This document shows positions 34,449-38,038 of a DNA stretch of 38,038 nucleotides, piece by piece. The DNA lies in NCBI GenBank assembly GCA_027718005.1, contig JALLOP010000002.1, positions 1 through 38,038 of the forward strand. Reading direction: 5' to 3'. Below the pieces are notes generated by a model. That model worked only from the letters and a program-made list of their open reading frames with translations. It was not told where the DNA came from and did not search any database. The translations under genes and the position numbers were made by a program. Every line of letters starts with the position of its first letter. The first letter of the stretch is position 1. Source of the DNA: Patescibacteria group bacterium AH-259-L07. Lineage in GTDB: Bacteria; Patescibacteriota; Patescibacteriia; UBA2591; UBA6264.

Positions 34449-35393
34449 ATGCCTAAACATCGTAAATATCCTAAAAACTTCGGTTTGATCATAGAAGAGC
34501 CGCGTCCGTCTGATTGGCAATTTGGCGTTAGCGCAATAGATGAGACGCCGATTAATCCTTCAGGCGATTGGTCTAACTTTAGACCAGCCATAGAATATCA
34601 GCATTATCCTAACTTTGATACAATGGGGTGCGTTTCATTCTCGGCTCTTAACTGCTTGGAAACATTACACAATTTTAAATATGGAAAAATAATAAACCGC
34701 TCTGATAGATTTACTGTTGTAGCTTCGGAAACCACTATTAAAGGGAACACCTTTGTTAAAGTAGGGGATAGTATTAGGAAATTACACGGAACGATTGATC
34801 AAGGCAGGTGGACTTTTACCGGCACTACGCGAGAGCAGTATTTTGGAATTATCCCACAAGTATTATTTGATGAAGGATTAGATTGGCTCAACTTTTACAA
34901 CGTAAATTATGAATGGGCTCATCCGCCCTTTGCCGCACAGTTAATGCAAGCCCTGAAAACCGCTCCGATACAAGTTACCGTTTATGGATGGGAGAATCCT
35001 GTTAATGGGATTTACCAGCGGACAGAGAGAATAAATAATCACGCGGTAATGTTGTTTAATTATAAGGAGGGAGAATGGTGGGAGATACTGGATCATTATG
35101 ATATCGATGTTAAGAGACTGGCGTGGAATTTTCATTTTGGTTATGCCTTTAGATATAATATAAATAAAATAAAACTTATGAAATTAGTAAGAGTTCCAAA
35201 ATTTTCAACAGTTTATTTAGTTGTAAATAATATAGCTACGCCTATCGGAAATGAAAAAATTTATCAAAAACATTTTAACGATCCTGAATGGAAATTGATC
35301 GAAATTATATCAAAAGAAGATTTGACTAAACATAAAATAGTTGATAAAATGATAGATAAGGAATTAGTTAAAAATGTAATTGATAAAATATAA
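34449..35393 (+). CDS. papain-fold cysteine peptidase, putative endolysin
   Basis: TMGCVSFSALN (Cys nucleophile context), then NHAVMLFNY (His), then WWEILDHYD, in the Cys..His..Asp/Asn order of papain-like enzymes. Confidence 0.55.
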   Translation: MPKHRKYPKNFGLIIEEPRPSDWQFGVSAIDETPINPSGDWSNFRPAIEYQHYPNFDTMGCVSFSALNCLETLHNFKYGKIINRSDRFTVVASETTIKGNTFVKVGDSIRKLHGTIDQGRWTFTGTTREQYFGIIPQVLFDEGLDWLNFYNVNYEWAHPPFAAQLMQALKTAPIQVTVYGWENPVNGIYQRTERINNHAVMLFNYKEGEWWEILDHYDIDVKRLAWNFHFGYAFRYNINKIKLMKLVRVPKFSTVYLVVNNIATPIGNEKIYQKHFNDPEWKLIEIISKEDLTKHKIVDKMIDKELVKNVIDKI

Positions 35394-35396
35394 TTT

Positions 35397-35861
35397 ATGA
35401 TAAAAGGAAGTAAACATTCAGAAGAAATCAAAAGAAAAATAAGCAATTCTCTTAAAGGAAATAAAAACCCTTTTTGGGGCAAACATCATACAGAGGAATC
35501 TAAGATAAAGATGAGCAAAGCGCATACAGGAAAAAAATTATCTGAAGAGCATAGAATAAATATGAGCAAAGCCCTTAAGGGCAGAAAAAAATCAGAAGAA
35601 CATAAGAGAAATATAAGCAAAGCACAATTAGGAGAAAAAAATCATTTATGGAAAGGAGATAAGGTAGGTTATCGCGCTCTCCATAGATGGGTTGAAAAAT
35701 GGAAGGGTAAACCAACTCAATGTGAACATTGTAAAGAAGATGGATTAATTGATAAACAAATAAATTGGGCAAACAAATCAGGAAACTATTTAAGGGACTT
35801 AAGAGATTGGATTAGATTATGTGTTAAATGTCATAGAGAATATGACAAAGGATCAATATAA
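35397..35861 (+). CDS. HNH homing endonuclease (family B) with NUMOD3-like repeats
   Basis: SEEIKRKISNSLKG, TEESKIKMSKAHTG, SEEHRINMSKALKG and SEEHKRNISKAQLG motifs. C-terminal LWKGDKVGYRALHRW...CEHC...INWANKSGNYLRDLRDWIRLCVKCHREYD. Confidence 0.85.
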   Translation: MIKGSKHSEEIKRKISNSLKGNKNPFWGKHHTEESKIKMSKAHTGKKLSEEHRINMSKALKGRKKSEEHKRNISKAQLGEKNHLWKGDKVGYRALHRWVEKWKGKPTQCEHCKEDGLIDKQINWANKSGNYLRDLRDWIRLCVKCHREYDKGSI

Positions 35862-35933
35862 GGAAAGAGTCAAGAATGGTTGGGGTTTATAATTAGGAAT
35901 TGATTTGCTATTGAAAGGTCATTGAATTGATCC

Positions 35934-35963
35934 GTGGATAACTGTGGATAACTGTGGATAACT
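35934..35963 (+). repeat. three tandem 10-bp repeats, GTGGATAACT, containing DnaA-box 9-mers
   Basis: CGTGGATAA at 35933..35941, and TGTGGATAA at 35943..35951 and 35953..35961. Spacing is exactly 10 bp. A T-run and AT-rich DNA follow. Confidence 0.85.
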
Positions 35964-35976
35964 TTTTTTGATATTG

Positions 35977-36024
35977 TGATATAATAAAATACGCTATTGA
36001 CAAATTTTCAAGATTTTGTATAAT
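35977..36024 (+). promoter_or_regulatory. tandem promoters: an extended -10 and a near-consensus -35/-10
   Basis: TGATATAAT at 35977..35985. TTGACA (35997..36002), a 16-nt spacer, then TATAAT (36019..36024). Confidence 0.55.
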
Positions 36025-36030
36025 AGTATT

Positions 36031-36135
36031 ATATATGACTCACCATCAGCAAACAACAACAAGTAATATACTTTTATTAAAAAATAAAAGAACCCGCTAC
36101 AATTATATTACATTGTAGGGATTCTTTTGTTTTTT
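36031..36135 (+). ncRNA. short promoter-to-terminator transcript (sRNA or 27-codon micro-ORF)
   Basis: The predicted +1 (about 36031) is 4 nt before ATG 36035. The only ORF, MTHHQQTTTSNILLLKNKRTRYNYITL, runs into the terminator hairpin. Confidence 0.35.
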
Positions 36136-36276
36136 AATTTAATGGACCCTTGGGGGGTCAAACCCCTCGCGCGCTAACACAGATGGTTATAAATCATCTT
36201 TCACCTGATCGGGTGAGCCAGGGCCCTTATGTAGGGTCCCTTAAAACAATCAAACAATCATTTTTAAGGGTCCATT
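36080..36276 (-). ncRNA. candidate structured non-coding RNA of about 200 nt (family unknown)
   Basis: - A consensus promoter lies immediately upstream on the minus strand.
- An 18-bp perfect inverted repeat (36134..36151 / 36266..36283) encloses four GC-rich hairpins and a tandem 8-mer.
- The RNA ends at the bidirectional terminator. Confidence 0.5.
36090..36135. terminator. bidirectional intrinsic terminator shared by convergent short transcripts
   Basis: The stem pairs CTACAAT with ATTGTAG and extends through GAACCC / GGGATTC. TTTTGTTTTTT follows on the + strand and TTTTATTTTTT on the - strand. Confidence 0.6.
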
Positions 36277-36282
36277 AAATTA

Positions 36283-36311
36283 ATTATAATATTCCAGAAA
36301 ATTTATGTCAA
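36283..36311 (-). promoter_or_regulatory. perfect consensus sigma70 promoter on the minus strand
   Basis: On the minus strand: TTGACA (36311..36306), a 17-nt spacer, then TATAAT (36288..36283). The predicted +1 is near 36276. Confidence 0.6.
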
Positions 36312-36419
36312 GGTCTGAAAGGCAATAAATTTTACACATTTTATCAACATTCTAATATGTCATTTTATTCTTGTCATTCCTGACAAGTTTTTTATTTTAT
36401 AGGAGTGGACAAATAGGGG

Positions 36420-36447
36420 TTGACAAAATTATTATATCTGTTACTAT
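36420..36447 (+). promoter_or_regulatory. promoter for the small HTH gene, overlapped by a GTTAC-N7-GTAAC inverted repeat
   Basis: TTGACA (36420..36425), a 16-nt spacer, then TACTAT (36442..36447). GTTAC at 36440..36444 and GTAAC at 36452..36456. Confidence 0.45.
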
Positions 36448-36489
36448 TTATGTAACACCATTATTCTAATATTCTATTTTGTTACATTT

Positions 36490-36672
36490 ATGAAACGGGT
36501 ATTAAAAATTGTTAAACAATACCGCAAAATAGGGGATTCTCTTTTAGAAGCATATATAAAAGACCGGGCAGAGGAGGGGCACTCTCTTGCTGATATTAAA
36601 GAGGAGTTGAAAAAAGCAAAGATCGATTTTTCACGAACCCATATTTGGAGGTTTGTTAATAAAAAGAAATAA
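36490..36672 (+). CDS. small HTH protein (excisionase or regulator candidate)
   Basis: 60 aa, basic, with an HTH-like HSLADIKEELKKAKIDFSRTHIWRFV. It lies directly upstream of the integrase. Confidence 0.55.
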   Translation: MKRVLKIVKQYRKIGDSLLEAYIKDRAEEGHSLADIKEELKKAKIDFSRTHIWRFVNKKK

Positions 36673-36678
36673 AAAAGC

Positions 36679-36715
36679 ACCCGCATTTTCAGCGGGTCTG
36701 GGAGGAAAGTCCCAG
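36679..36715 (+). terminator. two adjacent hairpins after the HTH gene (weak terminator candidate)
   Basis: ACCCGC / GCGGGT at 36679..36697 and CTGGGA / TCCCAG at 36698..36715. There is no clear T-run on the + strand. Confidence 0.3.
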
Positions 36716-36805
36716 CATTTCAGTTTGCAAAAGCTCTTGCTACTGAATTGGCTCAATATAATTATAGCACGCCTTAAATAAGTGTAAAGGCGTTGGAAAG
36801 GTGCT

Positions 36806-37684
36806 ATGCGAATTGAGGATAAATTTTTAGATTATCTGAGTTATCTCAGGAGGACTGGGTTAACTGAGAAAACAGTAACCGAACATCGGCGATTTTTATT
36901 TGGCTCAATTTCTCATTCAGTCTCAAGGACTAAAATTAAAAAATTAAAACTAACCGATATCGCTAAAACTATCGAGGCAGGAAAGGTGCACGGGGAATAC
37001 GGCAGTCAACGATCGGTTGTTACTTTACGGCGTTATTTAAAGTATTTACAAGACACCGGCGTTAGGATCCCCTTTGACTGGCGCGATATCAAGGTGCCGC
37101 AAGTCCCGGAGAAAGAAAAAATTTCTTTAACAAAAGAGGAGCTGGAAAAGATTTTTAAAAATATAATGACATCATCGGCCAAACCCCAATGTCGTCTCCG
37201 TATGCGCACCTTGTTTGAGGTGTTGTTTTCTACGGGGATGAGAATATCAGAGGCACTTTCCTTGACAAGGGAACAGTTTAAGGAAATAAAAAAAACTAAG
37301 GAAACAATTATCAGGGGCAAGGGTGGCGATGAGCGTATAGTTTATTTTACTGATCGGGCAATCGAGTGGATTGAAAGAAATTTAAAAGCGAGAAATGATG
37401 ACTGTCCGGCGCTTTTTATTAATACACTCGGCAGGCCCCTAATAATGGTAACGGCAAAAAGCGACTTGCTTCGTCACCGGGACGAGTGGGGCATACCAAA
37501 GCGCGTGCATTTTCATATTGTTAGACGGACGCTGGCAACACTCTTGATAGAAGGCGGGGCGGATATGAAGTCAACACAAACTATTCTTGGACATCGATCT
37601 CCTCGCACAACATTAAGATATTATGTAACGGTAAATCGCAAAAGAGCGAAGCAAGTTCATCAGAGAATATTGGCAACAATTTGA
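36806..37684 (+). CDS. int: tyrosine recombinase / phage integrase (Xer-like, 292 aa)
   Basis: TGMRISEAL (catalytic Arg box), HFHIVRRTLATLL and LGHRSPRTTLRYY give the R..H..R..H..Y catalytic pattern. The gene lies 157 bp from attR. Confidence 0.9.
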   Translation: MRIEDKFLDYLSYLRRTGLTEKTVTEHRRFLFGSISHSVSRTKIKKLKLTDIAKTIEAGKVHGEYGSQRSVVTLRRYLKYLQDTGVRIPFDWRDIKVPQVPEKEKISLTKEELEKIFKNIMTSSAKPQCRLRMRTLFEVLFSTGMRISEALSLTREQFKEIKKTKETIIRGKGGDERIVYFTDRAIEWIERNLKARNDDCPALFINTLGRPLIMVTAKSDLLRHRDEWGIPKRVHFHIVRRTLATLLIEGGADMKSTQTILGHRSPRTTLRYYVTVNRKRAKQVHQRILATI

Positions 37685-37705
37685 GTTGCTTGATCGATTA
37701 AAGTA

Positions 37706-37714
37706 TGGTATAAT
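37706..37714 (+). promoter_or_regulatory. outward-facing extended -10 promoter at the prophage right end
   Basis: TGGTATAAT (TGnTATAAT) lies just after the integrase stop and points across attR into host DNA. Confidence 0.4.
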
Positions 37715-37840
37715 ATAGATAGTTAATAATTATTGCGGAGGATTCTGGAATTTTAAAAATAGTAAAACCTTAAAATTTGGCTTATTTAGGTTCAAATTAA
37801 GCATATGGTCGGTTTTGGGACTCTCACAAGTTTAGCTCCT

Positions 37841-37859
37841 CAGTGGGCGAAGAGGTAAA
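37841..37859. repeat. attR core: 19-bp direct repeat
   Basis: CAGTGGGCGAAGAGGTAAA is identical to 4394..4412. Confidence 0.75.
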
Positions 37860-37865
37860 ATAAAG

Positions 37866-37890
37866 TGCCCACTACGATGTGTAGTGGGCA
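37866..37890 (+). terminator. hairpin downstream of attR (probable native rpsI 3' stem-loop)
   Basis: TGCCCACTAC / GTAGTGGGCA form a 10-bp stem with loop GATGT. No T-run follows. Confidence 0.4.
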
Positions 37891-38038
37891 AATAGGGTTG
37901 GGGCAGCAGACCACTTGAGCAAGGTGGGTCCTCCATTTACATATTTAAACATAAACTTGAAATAAAGGCTTGTCTTAAAGTTTGGATATAAATATTATTC
38001 ACTTCCAACTATAAACATTTCTTAAAAAACCGCTAAGT

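Larger units (their letters stand above)
4394..37859. mobile_element. integrated temperate phage (prophage) of about 33.4 kb
   Basis: Bounded by the 19-bp direct repeats, with the integrase adjacent to the right repeat. The interior carries terminase, portal, scaffold, capsid and lysis genes. Confidence 0.85.

Noticed and set aside
36035-36118. The 27-codon ORF as a type I toxin
   Set aside because: The peptide is polar and basic, with no hydrophobic helix of the kind typical of type I toxins. It is kept only as an alternative reading within the RNA-locus finding.
36134-36283. The inverted-repeat-flanked structured element as a retron msr/msd, an integron attC site, or SRP/6S RNA
   Set aside because: - There is no reverse transcriptase or integron integrase in the window.
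- The repeat ends do not match attC core sites.
- I could not find the SRP domain IV motif or a 6S-like central bubble.
- A MITE remains a live alternative and is noted in the finding.
1-38038. CRISPR arrays, rRNA genes, transposases, and an alternative genetic code (UGA reassignment)
   Set aside because: - There are no regularly spaced repeat-spacer arrays and no rRNA-like conserved blocks.
- No DDE or IS-type ORFs are present.
- ORFs close neatly at TGA, TAA and TAG with start/stop overlaps under the standard code.

Overview
The window holds about 4.4 kb of host chromosome, a prophage of about 33.4 kb, and a further 180 bp of host sequence. All calls were made by eye from the sequence and the ORF track; no searches or folding programs were run.

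Host flank:
- The DNA is low-GC.
- It carries a Cys-rich protein truncated by the window edge, a membrane protein, an archaeal-type GAPDH-like gene, a small hypothetical gene, and ribosomal protein S9 with a long Lys/Ala/Pro-rich N-terminal extension.

Prophage boundaries:
- The prophage is bounded by an exact 19-bp direct repeat, CAGTGGGCGAAGAGGTAAA, at 4394..4412 and 37841..37859.
- The left copy covers the last codons and the stop codon of rpsI.
- A tyrosine integrase sits 157 bp inside the right copy.

Prophage gene order, almost all on the + strand:
- Early and DNA-metabolism genes, with a candidate replication organiser that contains iteron-like repeats.
- An initiator-like tRNA-Met(CAU), followed by an aberrant tRNA-like element and a LAGLIDADG endonuclease gene.
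- YopX, a ParB-domain/DNA methyltransferase fusion, and the small and large terminase subunits.
- A region-2-only sigma-like protein, then portal, scaffold and major capsid protein.
- A fibre-like protein and large virion proteins, including a 1341-aa protein with an N-terminal HNH motif.
- A lysis cassette, then the integrase-proximal control region.

Most notable observations:
1. The 628-bp integrase-proximal intergenic region has three tandem 10-bp repeats, two containing an exact DnaA-box 9-mer and the third an 8/9 match, with a fourth copy of the 14-mer next to attL. It also has two convergent consensus promoters. One drives a predicted, highly structured RNA of about 200 nt. No protein repressor is recognisable.
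2. At least eight free-standing homing-endonuclease-type genes plus one remnant interrupt the phage modules.
3. The phage carries an initiator-like tRNA and an adjacent tRNA-like element with a large internal insertion.

I found no rRNA, CRISPR array, reverse transcriptase or transposase.
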